DNA of 64,000 nucleotides from the NCBI GenBank assembly GCA_030141605.1, contig JAQGDQ010000315.1:1-64000 (forward strand), read 5' to 3'. The stretch comes from Tubiluchus corallicola. Its lineage: Eukaryota; Animalia; Priapulida. The notes beneath the pieces were generated by a model, which worked only from the letters and a program-made list of their open reading frames with translations, made no database searches and had not been told where the DNA came from. Positions 1 to 13,405 of this stretch are shown piece by piece (within the stretch, counting starts at the first letter, position 1; every line of letters starts with the position of its first letter). The translations under genes and the position numbers were made by a program.

Positions 1-505
1 AACCGAACTTTTCCAAAAAATGCGAAGGATTTTCTTGCTTCATTAGTTGAGCTTGGCTGGGATGTTTTTCCAACTTTGTGCATTGCATATCGTTTATTAC
101 TCACAGTTGGCTACTCAATTGCTAGTTGTGAACGTTCTTTTTCAAAGTTAAAACAGATACAAACATATTTGAGGTCTTCAATGTCAAATCAGCGCCTGTC
201 AAGTTTATCTTTGATCAGCATTGAAAAGAAATTCCTGACAAGCGAAGTGAAAGAAGCTGTGATACAGACGTTTGTTGACAGCAAAGGAGCGATTGGACAT
301 CGAAGTAAGTGACTTGCTTTTTGTTTATTGTTAAATAAATAAAATAATACAAACACCTCACTCTTACTTGATCTTTTATTTATTCATTTTCATGTATGAT
401 TAACAACATCTATAATTTATTTAGTCCCGATTTTTTAAGTTAGTTATGGGGGGCATCATTATCATACACTCGCCCCGGGCAGCAGAAAGCTTTGGCACGC
501 CCCTG
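1..505 (+). mobile_element. 3' end of a hAT DNA transposon (transposase C-terminal dimerization domain and right terminus), in nAChR intron 1
   Basis: ORF 76-312 reads SIASCERSFSKLKQIQTYLRSSMSNQRLSSLSLISIE, the classic hAT dimerization motif. An AT-rich 3' region follows, then a GC-rich end ...GGCACGCCCCTG at 505 (reverse complement CAGGGGCGTGCC, a typical hAT terminus). Confidence 0.85.
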
Positions 506-957
506 GTATCAGGTGGAGAGCTGCACAACCACCTGCAATGATTTTTCCTGCACAGCTTGTCAAGACAACGACAGCACAACTTGGCATTGAAATCAAGACC
601 CAAGCACCGAGATTGAGAGCAGCGGGCTGGACACCACAAGACATCGAAAATATTGAAACAGAGCATAAGGATCTGGTGTGGCTGTACAGAGATGATCCCT
701 CTGTTCAAATGGCTGTGGATGCGCAAAATTCGAGCTTTGATGATTCTTGGAAGGAGCTTATCAAACGAGAAAAGTTTTCTACTTTAATTACATTTGCCGG
801 AGGCCTGGCCACAGCCTTCGGGAACACGGCAACGGTCGAGGCCGATTTTGCGCGTGTCAAGGCATTCAAAACTGAATACAGGCATTGGTTCGGAAACTTC
901 AGCCTAGAGGGCATTCTACATTCGTACCAAATAGACGAATTATTTGAACTGAAGTGA
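506..957 (+). mobile_element. C-terminal fragment of a second, divergent hAT-like transposase
   Basis: ORF 538-957 contains FAGGLATAFGNTATVEADFARVK...FSLEGILHSYQ, a variant of the hAT T-x-x-(C/V)-E-x-x-F motif. It starts right at the end of the first hAT element. Confidence 0.65.
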
Positions 958-1093
958 TGAATTACAAGGCATTGTCTAGTAAAATTTGATTAAATTTGAA
1001 GAGCAACATGCGTAACTGAACGAAGTACGTCGAAGAAGTTACGTATTGCTTATAAAAATAAAAAAATCTTATCACAATTCATTCGTCTTTCAG

Positions 1094-1442
1094 GGATTCT
1101 TGCAAGTCCTGATGCAGAAAGACTATTTAACACTTTACTTCTCAAGCACAACAAACTAGTACGACCAGTTGGCAACGTATCTGAACTGATCAAAGTTAAA
1201 ATGGGTCTTAAATTATCACAGCTAGTCAATATGGTAAGTATTCAAGTAATTATCAAAAACATTTTCAAAGGTGCTACCTTACTGGCGCCTGGCGCTGTTG
1301 TCAGTGTCGTCGTCGCTACCTCTTTTGTTGCTGCTGTTATAATTGTTTTTACATCTGTGCAGTATTGAAAATTATAAAGCTTTTCGATCTTGTTTTTAAT
1401 TTTAAGACTTGATGAAATGCTCAGATTCTTACTCACCAGTTG

Positions 1443-1473
<31 letters not shown>

Positions 1474-4400
1474 CATTATCATTATCATTATCATTATCAT
1501 TATCATTATCATTATCATTATCATTATCATTATCATTATCATTATCATTATCATTATCATTATCATTATCATTATCATTATCATTATCATTATCATTATC
1601 ATTATCATTATCATTATCATTATCATTATCATTATCATTATCATTATCATTATCATTATCATTATCATTATCATTATCATTATCATTATCATTATCATTA
1701 TCATTATCATTATCATTATCATTATCATTATCATTATCATTATCATTATCATTATCATTATCATTATCATTATCATTATCATTATCATTATCATTATCAT
1801 TATATGTAACGCCCTCGCCTTCGCCATTCACTTCTTATTTTAACCAAGAGATTTCCATCATAAATTTTTCCTGCATTGTTGACTTCAAATGTTGATTTAT
1901 TGACATCTAGACGAAATAATGAATGAAAACCCGATAGAAATTGCCCAGAGCAGATCTTATCTGTCACCGCGAGTGCCCTAAAAGAGAAATAAATTTGTAC
2001 AAAAAACACAGAATCCATACATTATGTTGATGCTTCAAATATCACATCGATTATACAAGTTGTTTCAAAGCAGCAGTGTCTCAAGAGGATCCACGCGAAG
2101 AGGAATCTCAATAAGTAACTTAGACGAAAATAATGAGTCTACAATGTCGTATAGGAGTATCTTATAGTGACGTAGTCTCAGGACTGTAAGCGTTTGCTGC
2201 ATTTTGCATTAGTTCATGAAGAACTGGTCTCACTAAGATGCGATCACGTTATATTTTATAATTTTTGTAGGCTTCTACTCCTGCCACAAAGAGCCTTCAT
2301 GCAATTTATATATAAAATTTCAGAAAGCGTTGCACAAAAACAAGTGCTGTACCTCTCGGTTCAGATGTGTTACTTTCTTGACGAACTACGCACGTTCGAC
2401 AGCTCATGCGTGAGCACAGCAGTAAATTTGAAATTTCAATTTTTATCTTAAAACTTGCCTAGTTTTAGTACAATACACCGGATATCTTACACTGCACCGT
2501 ACTTCAAGCTTTCACAAATACGTGCAACACGCTCGTGGAATATTTTTGCAGTTGAAAATTATGTTAGTTTGTGATGTCATCAATAGTTGAACTCGCCCGC
2601 CATTAATTAAGTTTTTATTCTATTATTTAATTATCAGAAACGCTTTTGCAATACTAATTGTGCTAAAATGTATACTCTTTACCTGACTTGAAAATGGGGT
2701 AGTATATGAAAAATCTTCCTGTCTTCCTTTAAACCACCCTGCTTTTTAACGCTTTTCCTGCTGCTCTGATCAGCTCAATATACCTGCTGTCACTAATTAA
2801 ATTCTATAATGAAGTGTATTTTTCAGTTGTGTGTTCAACATGTAGGAGACTTACCAACCTGAGTTTTTTATGTCCCTCCTTTACTTGGCGACTAGAACCT
2901 AAGGCAGTGAGCGACGTACTGCGCAATATTTTGCAAAAACATTTTGTGCTTTAGGCAAAGAAGCACGCTAGTAAAACGGCTGCCATGGTCACAGTGTCAC
3001 TCGAGATTTCACACAGTCGACAAACACAAATTCTTGAAATAGCGTTTTTCGCGTTTTTCATCAAACTTTTACAACTTCTGTAGGCCTACATTTAGTGCTA
3101 AGTTATTAAAGTTTTACTGTATTTTTATTGATACACATATAGTATTCTACGTATGTGCATGTGTATCTGAATTCCACTCCCAGTGCATTTTCCTTAGCTT
3201 AGTTATTTAAATTTAAGTGTGTGGTAACTGTAAGCAATAATATATCGCAAAAACTTGTCGAATAGCTTAATGTTGTTGTATAATGTAGTATTGTCATAAC
3301 ACTTTGTCATTTAAATGTTTCAATTTTTCTAGGACGAAAAACGCCAAATTATGACTTCCAATGTTTGGTTAATTCAGGTAAGATCTGCCATCTTTTGTTT
3401 TACGGACAGAAATGTATCAACTTGAGCTCAACAGTATATTTAAGTAAAATAAGTAAGCCGTTTCAGTGTGAGTAGTATATTTAACGAATTTTCAATAGCA
3501 GCTGAAAAAGTCAGCCGGGCTGTTGAGGAATAACGAAAATAGTAAAGCTCGGTTAAGTGTGAATTGGAATTAATGTGGTAAATAAACGCCTTAGGTGTGA
3601 GAAGGCTAAATAAATTACTTATGATTAGAACGCATATATGACAACCCGATGGCTTTTAAAACTCAGTCAACCAACTTTCGTATGGCTCCCCCTACATTGT
3701 CTCTACAAAAAGCTTATAATGATCATTGCCAACGTGGGATTAACACAATCTAAGCAAATTTGTAGACAATTCTAGTTAAAACATGAAAAGCTTTATACAC
3801 TTGTCTACGGTGCTTGGACGTCTTTATTGGTTAAAGGAAAACCGGATTACTGTGTAGGCATTAGTTCAAAATAAAATATGCTCTAAAATATTGAAAACTA
3901 CAACAGTTTTTTTTTTAATCAGAGCTTAGATTAAATAATACTTGCCTAGGGGAGTTAAATTTTGTAAAACTTTCAAAGCTATGGGAGGCTCAGCGCATCC
4001 ACTAAGACTGGCAATAGTGTCTTTTGTCACAATCTAGTGGCCGACAAATAGGCACGGTACCGTGATAAGCATGATCAGGAACTGCAGTGTTCATATGTTA
4101 CGTCAGTGTGACGCAGAGCTCATTTTCGTGACATCACGTCAGTGTGTTATAGCAATCTTCGGTTACGCAAACGTGCTTGACGCGCTGAGAAGATGCCTAC
4201 CATTGCTCAAACTGTTGTTAGGTTAGTTTGTGATGTAAGCGATAGCTGTGTTCGGTTGCCAATGTAATTATTCAGATATTAGAAATAATTGTTAACTTTT
4301 ATAGGCAAGAAAATGTATATTTTGGACAGCAAATTAAAATAAAACTGAGCCTAATCAATTGTCCAGTTTTCCTTTAAGAAATTCTTGTGCCAGCTTTCCA

Positions 4401-7400
4401 TTCCAGATGTGGTTGTTTGAGCCTAACCTACCCTATGAAACACAAAAACTTGCTCTAGCTCAAACGTGAATAAGCTACTCTTCATTCTGTTACAGGAATG
4501 GGAGGATTATAAACTGAAATGGGATCCAGATGACTACGGAGGTGTGCGATTTCTGCATGTACCATCTGAATATATCTGGCTTCCTGATATAGTATTATAT
4601 AATAAGTAAGTATTTATAATACTGAGCATGATTATTCTTATACATCAAAATGACGATTAGGCTTCGTGTTACTTAATGTTTCAACGAGTATTTTCACTTA
4701 GTGACTAATGCTTTAGTTTTATTTTTTCCGATATTGGAGAAAACAGTTTATTATGACGTTGTGTCACGTTTGCTTTACTTTTAAATTTAAAATTAATAGT
4801 TGAGAAAGAAAGAGAGGATGAAAGAGAAAGAGAGGGCGAGAGACAGATGGATGGATGGACGGACGAACGGATTGACGCGCGGACGGACGGACAGACAGGC
4901 AGACAAACAGACAGAGAAGCAGACAGACACATAGACAGACAGACCGACAGACAAAGAGAGAGTGAGTGAACGGACAGAGAGGGGAGAGAGAAAACGGAAT
5001 ATTTCCTTTCAGTAATGTTTAACGCAGATAAAGTGAAAAATTTGTAGCATAACAGCCCTTCTTTTGCTGCCCTGAGCTAAATGAAAACGTCACACAGATT
5101 CACGCTGTGCAATCAGGCATCATTGTACGTTACACGTGATTCTGTATTCACCGCACACCGTATTATAGTAAAAGAAGCAATGTTCCTCGGGTAGAGCTTG
5201 ATTGTGCATTTGCCTGTATCTGTATTTGTCTATAGTAATGACTGCATAGCGAATGCCCCTGGCTGGCTTCTTACTGTTTGCGCGGCTCACAGCCCTCCAG
5301 TACTACGCGTTAACATAAGAAACCCCTTTACGTTATCACGTCATTGTAGCGTGATAATAATGACAATATTCTTTATTATGAACGTGTGGTTCTTTCATGC
5401 CTATGCGCGCCCAGTGTAATAGTAAGAGAACTATAGAAAGCGGGAAAACGAAAGAGAGAGAAGGGGGAAGAGGGAGAGGCGGAGAGAGAAAGGGCTAGAA
5501 AGAGAGCGAGGGAGAGAGAGAGTGAGAGAGAATGATGGGAGCGAGAGTGAGAGAGAATGATGAGAGAGAAAAAGATGTGAGAGAAAAGGCAGAGAAAGAC
5601 AAAGAAAGAGCGAGAGAGAGAGAGAGAGATAAAGTAAGTGAGAGAGAGAGAAAGAGAGAGAGAGAGACAGAGAGGGAAAGAGAGTGAGAGAGAGAGAGAG
5701 AGAGAGAGAAGAGAAGATAGAACAGGAGAGAAAAAAGAGCGAAAAAGAGAGATTTGCTTGTTGTTCTTCAGTGTTGGAAATATGTTGTTTAGTGATGTAC
5801 ATATATCTAAGATGTTAGTCTAACAAAGCTAAATCAAATCAAATCAAATTATGTCTAAGTTATTTGATAACAATGTTTCCGCAATTGACAGTAACATTCT
5901 ACGTGTTTTTTCCTTTGTGGATATCAGTTGTGCAAACAGAATTACTATCGAAGTTAGTAGCCAAAAAAAAACATCAAACAGCCAGAGTAGTAGATTAGAA
6001 TGTCAGCTTGGCAACACTGGGGCTCACAACTTCAGCAAGACAGTACAATGTGAACAAAGTCACGCGTTGGACAACACAACCATGGCGAACACCATCGATT
6101 TCTTGTAGATCTACCTCTAGCGAGAAGCCAGCCAGGAATTACAAGTTACTCTCACACGCATTTTCGTCTTACTCCCCTAATCTCACCGTTTTTCATTCAG
6201 ACATCTGCTGTCTTTATACGCAGAATACGTCGTTTAATATAAATACAAAATCAATATCAGCCTCATCTGCTGTTCAATTTTACGCGAGCTATAATGTGGA
6301 AAAGTGATGTGACCACATCGCTAATAGAACACAAGCCTGACGTTGATTGCACGGGGAAACCAATGTCAGAGATTTTATTAAAATTTCACTGAAAAATCAA
6401 AGTTTCTGGGCATTTTTTACAACAGATATTTTTAGCAACTGTGTAGCAGAGGTTTATTTTATGCATGAAGAAAACAATCAAAAATCGCCGCTTGTTAACT
6501 TAAACTGTTTTTGGCACGTGTGTGACTACACCTTGGCTGTTTGTCTACTGATTGCATGCTTATCTGAATACTTACCTCCTTGTCTACCTGTCTACCTGAC
6601 GTCTTACCTACCTCTGTACTGATTAAGGCTTAGCTACCCACCTAGTTACCTACCTACTTGGCTACCTACCTATCTTCTACCTACTTACCTACCTATCTAC
6701 CTACCTACCTACCTACCTACCTACCTGCCTATCTCCTACCTACTTACCTACCTATCTATCTACCTACCTACCTAGCTACCTATATACTTACTTGCCTACA
6801 TACCTACCTACCTAACTACCTATTTACCTTCCTACCTACCTAAATACTTATCTACCTGCCTACCTACCTATCCACCTACCTAGTTACCTATCCTGCCTAC
6901 CTACCTAGTTAACTACATGTGCCTGTCTGCCTGCCTACCTGACTGTCTGCCTACCCTCAACCTATCTACCTACCCACAGACCTACTTACCTACCTACCTA
7001 GTTAACTACATACATATCTGCCTGTGTGCCTGTCTATCTATCCATCTTCAATCGCCATACATACTACTTGGTAATATTTCAATAACAAACATTTATTCGT
7101 TTTTGCGTTTCTTTCGTCTCAAGTTGTTCTACGTCAGTTGGTTTTCTTCATTAATTCGTTCCTGCTCATACATTAGCTTGTTCGTTCATTTACTCACGTT
7201 GTCTGATTTCAAGTCTTTAGTTAAATCAGTTATCGATCAGACGACACGAAAATTTGCTTCAAAATTAGCAAGCCTTTAATCACTCACAAGTCGACATTGT
7301 TCTCATTAAGTGAGTTTCTGGTTTTAACACAACAAACCGTGATTGCATAACCGATAATTAAACATCGGAATCATTCGTTATGCGTTAAATTAGACAACAA

Positions 7401-10400
7401 TTCTTGAAACTTTTTTTATTAATTACGATAGGATTATTTGTAACAAACGCGTTTTTAAACTGCCTTTTCTGTTGCACGTCTATTGCATGTTAAAATGTGA
7501 AAGTATTTTAAAATGAAACTCGATTCACTTCTAATCGCATATAGTCATAGTAACATGGCATTTTTTTCACTCAGTTGTAAAATTGTAACAAGGTTAGCAG
7601 AGTTGCACATTAAAAATTCACTTTTTTGTCAATGACTTTCGTAAGGATTTGCGTGAACAGTCTAAACTGTCTGTCTGTATAACTCATGGAACGTATGACA
7701 AGGTCTAAATTTTCAGAACCTGACTATTAACGTACGTTGCCGCTTCTCTTGTACAAACTTCGCGTCAAGCACAAAAAGTGTTTCGTTTTGGCATAGGTAT
7801 GAAAGTAGTACGTCCAGGGCTGGATTAGGCTAGTATAGGCTGTAGCTTAGGGCTCATAAAGCTTGGGGGGATGCTTTGCATTGCTGCCTTTAAAAAAGGG
7901 AAGCCATAAAGTCTGAAAATCCCATTTTAACGTGGCCCATCATCTGAGATAAACGATCTCTGTTTGGGGCCTTTTATTTGAGACAAAGTGTCCTTGTTTG
8001 AAGGACAAGTAAAATCACATAAATCACAAGTAAAAATATTCGGAACAAGTGCGAGCAAATTAGAGGGTGGCTCCGTCTGAGAGGGCCCTATAATTTCTCT
8101 AGCCTAGGTCCTAACATTTTTCTAACATCACTAAGCTGCTTGGTAAAAAGCTCTTTTAGAAAAGTATACAATGACGTCACAAGTTGATGTTATCATTTTA
8201 CGATCACTAATAGACTAATAGTCTCTTTGTTATTTTAGCGCCGACGGTAACTACCAAGTGACGCTGATGACGAAAGCGACACTACATTACAACGGTACCG
8301 TAGTTTGGAAACCGCCAGTTATTTACAAAAGCTTCTGCGAAATTGACATTCAATATTTTCCTTTTGATACACAAAAGTGCGATTTAAAATTTGGTCTTTG
8401 GACGTATAGTGGTGACCTAGCTGATTTGGTACACAGGTCGGCTCCTAACGCCACGAAATTAGAAACCGGAATTGATCTGTCAGAGTATTCCGAAAGTGTG
8501 GAATGGGATATTCTCGGTGTGCCTGGCACGCGTCACATGGTATTTTATCCGTGTTGTGCCGAACCGTATCTGGACATCACATACGAACTAAAACTTCGTC
8601 GCAAGACATTATTCTACACAGTGAATCTAATAATTCCTTGTGTAGTGATTTCTTTCTTGACGGTGCTAGTGTTTTACCTGCCATCAGATTCAGGAGAGAA
8701 AGTGACACTTTGCGTCTCCATTTTGCTGGCGTTGACTGTGTTTTTTCTCATGTTAATTGAGATCATACCCCAGTCATCACTCAGTGTGCCAATGTTTGGC
8801 AGGTATTTGTTGTTTACCATGATCCTGGTGACGCTGTCTATCAGTGTAACTATATGTGTGTTGAATGTCCACTTTAGATCACCGGCAACTCACACAATGG
8901 GTCCTTGGACCAAAAAGATTTTTCTAGATATTTTGCCGGTTGTGTTATTCATTAGACGTCCGAAAGAGTATGTGAATAACTCGCTGCGAAAGAGAGAGTC
9001 GATGGCTCAATTTGAGGACCGGTTCAGGCCCGATCTGACAAACGTTTCCTCGTTTAGTGGAGCGGCTGATGATTCAGCCAGTGCCATATATGACAGGCAG
9101 TTGTACAGTAAAGCGAACTTACCGGATGATATTCAAAAAGCTATTGAAGGAATTCATTTTATAGCTGACCATCTTCGTCACGACGATCAGGACCAATCGG
9201 TATGAGTGTTTGATTAGTGCTGCTTTCTTGTTTGTTTAGAACAGTGGTTCCCAAATTTTCTCGGACCGTTACCCAAATCGGGAAACCCGGTCGTGTCCAT
9301 TACCCCCCACCTAGTACTACTTCTCCAACTCAAAAAGTAAACACACGTATATGCCACAAGCAAGCAAAATTATTTATGTTTGCTCGTGGCATAAATAAAT
9401 TTCCAGGTGTTGTTGTTGTACTGTTGCAGTCTCTTCAAGAAGAAAACTACGTAAAATGCATTCCGAGCGAAGTTTTAAAAATTTACAGAGGGGTGCCCGT
9501 TACCCCCCCCCCCCCAAAAAAAACATATTACCCCGGGGGGGGGGGTAATTTACCCCTACTTTGGGAACCACTGGTTTAGAATAATCTAATGCTCTGCAAT
9601 GCGCAGGTTTGATTACAGTTTCTAGAGTACTTGGACACCTTACGTTTGAACACTGTGCGTCATGATAGCATGCTGGGATAGTTGTTGTAGTCTGGATGCA
9701 TCCTGTATGTGGAACGAGGGTTTTTGCGGGGATTATTTGGTACGCGTGTTCCATTTTACGTTTGAATGGGTATTTTAGACCTTGTGTCGATTGGTCAGCT
9801 ATTTCGCACAATTAAGTCCTTCAGTTGCCATCACTAGCGTATCTAACGTTGACTGTGGTTTGTGTTTATGGTCTGGTCATATAAGAAAGTAGGTTCAGCG
9901 TCATTTATTAAATCTGCGTGTATATCCATCCATCCATCCATCCACCTAACCTACAGCCGCCCATAACATAGCTCGAAAACAATGATAAAAATGCATACGT
10001 GGCCAAATTGAGGAAAAGGTCTGACGCAAAATGCATCAGTGTTGTTCTTTGTACTGTCCACGTGACGAAAGAAAACGTCACAATGTGACTTAATAGTCTT
10101 TATAATAATTGAAAATATATGATCGAAACAAGCTAAACATGACGACAGTATTTTGCATCAGATGCACTATAAATCTTGTTTCAGAGCTCAAAAGTGCAAA
10201 GGTCAAAAGTCACAAGGAAATTTTCTCATTCTGCATTGCTTATTTGACATTTGTCCTTCTTATTTTGCAGGTGAGACAAGATTGGAAGTTCGTTGCCATG
10301 GTGATAGACCGATTGTTTCTGTGGATATTTAGTTTGACATGTGTAGTCGGGTCGTACACTATGCTCAGTGATCCTCCTAGCTTACATGACAACCAGAAAC

Positions 10401-10441
10401 CACTAACTCTTAATTTGAGTAACAGAATAATAGGAGAGTGA
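1094..10441 (+). CDS. Nicotinic acetylcholine receptor alpha subunit (cation-selective Cys-loop receptor); signal-peptide exon is upstream of the window
   Basis: Exons 1094-1233 (ASPDAERLF...NKLVRPV...LSQLVNM), 3333-3377 ([15 protein letters not shown]), 4496-4605 (EWEDYKLKW...[11 protein letters not shown]), 8239-9199 and 10271-10441. All introns are GT-AG with consistent phases. The protein has the Cys loop [15 protein letters not shown], the loop C vicinal cysteines FYPCC (alpha type), GEK before M2, and M4 [17 protein letters not shown]. Confidence 0.97.
1444..1803. repeat. (TTATCA)n hexanucleotide microsatellite, about 60 perfect units
   Basis: Directly visible; it accounts for the HY/II/MI/ND/LS ORFs. 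Confidence 0.99.
2320..2733 (-). mobile_element. TTAA-flanked MITE (Kolobok-like family A), partial inverted copy
   Basis: Reverse complement of part of the elements at 20131-20742 and 22399-23003. It ends ...TCTTCCTGTCTTCCTTTAA. Confidence 0.8.
4800..4992. repeat. Compound GA/GGAC/GACA microsatellite
   Basis: Directly visible low-complexity purine-rich repeat. Confidence 0.9.
5435..5752. repeat. Imperfect (GA)n microsatellite
   Basis: Directly visible. Confidence 0.93.
6570..7045. repeat. Imperfect (CCTA)n tetranucleotide repeat
   Basis: Directly visible. Confidence 0.93.
9242..9573. mobile_element. hAT (Charlie-like) MITE with perfect target site duplication (TSD)
   Basis: TIRs CAGTGGTTCCCAAA / TTTGGGAACCACTG. 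The 8-bp TSD GTTTAGAA is at 9234-9241 and 9574-9581. Confidence 0.95.
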
Positions 10442-12722
10442 TGGCTTGTCAACAACAAATCAGTGTTTTATTAGATCTCCGAGCCGTTGTTCGTCTTCGC
10501 ATGACGTAAAATGGACAATAGTGAAAAATATGGCGTTACTGAATCTACCATTTACGTCAGATCAACAAAAACACAAACAAGAAAAATCAGTTTTGAAGAT
10601 TTATGGGAGGTTTGATACACGAAGTCTGCAATAAAGCAGCGGCTAGAACAGCTGAAATATTGTGAAGTGATAAACCAAACGCAAAAATATAGACCTCTCC
10701 TGTCCAGAGAACCATTTTATAGGATAAGATAGGCGTAGCACTATGGCAGATTTGTTCTATAATAGTTTTCAGTGTGTTACATAACCTTTTGGTGGGGTGA
10801 CAATGACGCATAATGTCTTTATACTCCAAAACGGTTTTTATTGTTAAGAAAATCGCTCTTATGTTTGTTGTACAAGCAATGAGTTAAACTGCCGGAGTTT
10901 CTGAGACGTTTAACTCGAAAAGTTAACTGAATAAGACTGAGAGGCTAGTAGAATTTGCTATTTGGCACATTGAAACTATATGTCGTTTTATAAGTTTATT
11001 TTGTTGGCATATCCATGAGAATGACGTTGGTATCCATCAGTAGTCAATAGAGACAATGTGAAGCAACTGTATAAGATGTGTTCACTGTTCAAGTACCTTG
11101 GATTCTAAACCGATATCTTTGAGTTTGAGACCGATACCGTCATACCTTCAGGCCATACGGCAGACTCACATCTTGCACAATGAAATTATCATTATATAAA
11201 ATTATGTAATTATTGCGCAAGTGGGCGTCATTCCCAAGCCTCTGTTATTTGTATTGTTCGTTCTTTTCTTCGTTTTTAGCGAAAAGATAATGTAGCATAT
11301 TGTACAAAATAATGTCATTAGTTTTATTGTGCTCGTAAGATTATCTAAATGCAAATTTTATAACACTTGCACAGAAAAAGTTGTTTGATGACTAAAAATT
11401 CCAGATACAAAATTTAACCCAACATTGAAATTCCTGGCCGCACTTTTTACAATTTTATAAACCATAAAGAATTTTGCGATTCCCAGCATGTTAAGGGCTA
11501 TATTAACACGAATTTTTTGTTGATCCATTTAATATGATTGCTCATCACAATTTTTGAACAAAATGAAATTACAGTATTGTACAGAATTAGTTGATAATAA
11601 AAATGTACCAGAATTTAACAAGTGCACCAAGCTTTTTACCTGCAGTTTTATGTCAATAACTGCCTAGTAGTTTACACAGGTAGATCCTACGGTAGATATA
11701 AATATAGGGTAGATCCTATCAGCTTCCATACGCAACATCACAAGGTTACAGGAAACAATTATAATGGGAAAAGTGTGCATTTTGCCGGCTTGATTTTTCT
11801 GCACAGTATGGCAACTGAAATAAGTACATTTAACGTTTCTTGACAGAGCTTGTTTGGCATTATTAGAACAACAAGAGTTAAAATTAAAGCACTGAACAAG
11901 GATTACACTACTAGTATAATGACTCTTTGTTATTATTTATATTTAATGCATCATCACAGGTAAAAACATGTTAATTACCTATACATATCATTTATATTGA
12001 AAGTTTTCAAACATTTATAAATTTCTGTACATTCTTGTTAAAAGCATTTCTGTACATGCTTAGTACAGTTTTAAAATGAATCACAGCTAACAAGCATTTA
12101 CAGCAACAGTTTCAAATGTTTGTGCCACAACAGCAACTTTTTTGTTCTTTTTGTTAGTGCGCAATTGCTTGTATCATTTTACATAGTCAATGCTACATAA
12201 GAACAAGCAAATTCAATCATGACAATAGCAGCACAATGACAGATGAAACTGACTTTCATGTTCAATGTTTCAATATTATGTTGATTATGAGGCCAACTCG
12301 TTTTGAAGTAGATTAAGTTTGCCACCACTGTCACTGTTGCCAGGTGTTGCTAAATGCACCTTTTGACCTCAACCTTTGAAGAATAAAACTCTCTTATTAA
12401 TAACATAAACTTTGAGTTATTCACATATTTAGATTAATAATTAAGTATTTAAAAACTAACTTATTACATTAATTTCATTTACACAATATTGGTTCATAAT
12501 CACAAATAATCACAAAGCCTAGTGTTTTTTGTTTGCAAAATTATCATTTATGATTTCAATCACATAATAATTTTCCCTTATTAAACAACTTCGATTTAAC
12601 ATTTGTGGGAACAATAAATTGAAATATTAAAGCAGATAAAAAATGACTAACATAAGACAGTAAAATCACGCATTTGCCCAAATAAAGTAAGAGCGATGTT
12701 AAGCGATTATTGTTCAGAAAAT

Positions 12723-13405
12723 CTAGGGTTTCACGGGACCGCAACATTCTTCAGACGGACAAAAATTTTACAAATGCAACAATCACTAAAAAATTCTCGC
12801 AACGGTGTTTTGTCACCGAAATCGCAAATCACTCAAACGAAATTCTAAATAATTTTGCGCAATGTTCGCCACATTTTTCCAAAGTTTGAGCCTACGCATA
12901 AATGACGAGAATGTTGCATGAAACTTTACGAATGTTTTGCCGAATTCTGTGACACCCATGAGACATGGCGAGAGTTGCACGACATTCGAGTGAGTATACT
13001 GCGACCATTGCACAAACATTTCACGGAATTTTCACAGAAGTCCAGTACAACCGAGGTTCTTCAAAACATCAGTAAAATGTTGAATAACAGTCGTAAAGTC
13101 ATCTCAAAATTATGCACATATTGAAATTATCGACGAACAACACAAATAATTGGCAGCACGTTTGTGCAGGTTTGGCACATGTTCAGACAACTTTCCAACA
13201 GTTTGATGAAGTTTTGCCCAGGTAGCAAGTTTTGAGGCTACGACATTTAAACTTTTTAAAACTTTGCTGAAGCCAGCAACCTAATTGCAACAACAAAAAA
13301 CACTCTCGCATGTTTTGCGACTATTTGGGGAACTTTTGGAGCATATTTGGGGACGGCTAGAATTTTCGGATAGTCGTCGAAGTCGCAAACCCCGTTAATC
13401 CCTAG
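12723..13405. mobile_element. Degenerate TIR element (MITE, possibly PIF/Harbinger-like)
   Basis: Imperfect inverted ends CTAGGGTTTCACGGG ... CCCGTTAATCCCTAG bound an interior richer in CpG than the flanks. Confidence 0.5.

Noticed and set aside
1390-1895. Long HY/I/MI/ND/LS repeat ORFs
   Set aside because: These are translations of the intronic (TTATCA)n microsatellite.
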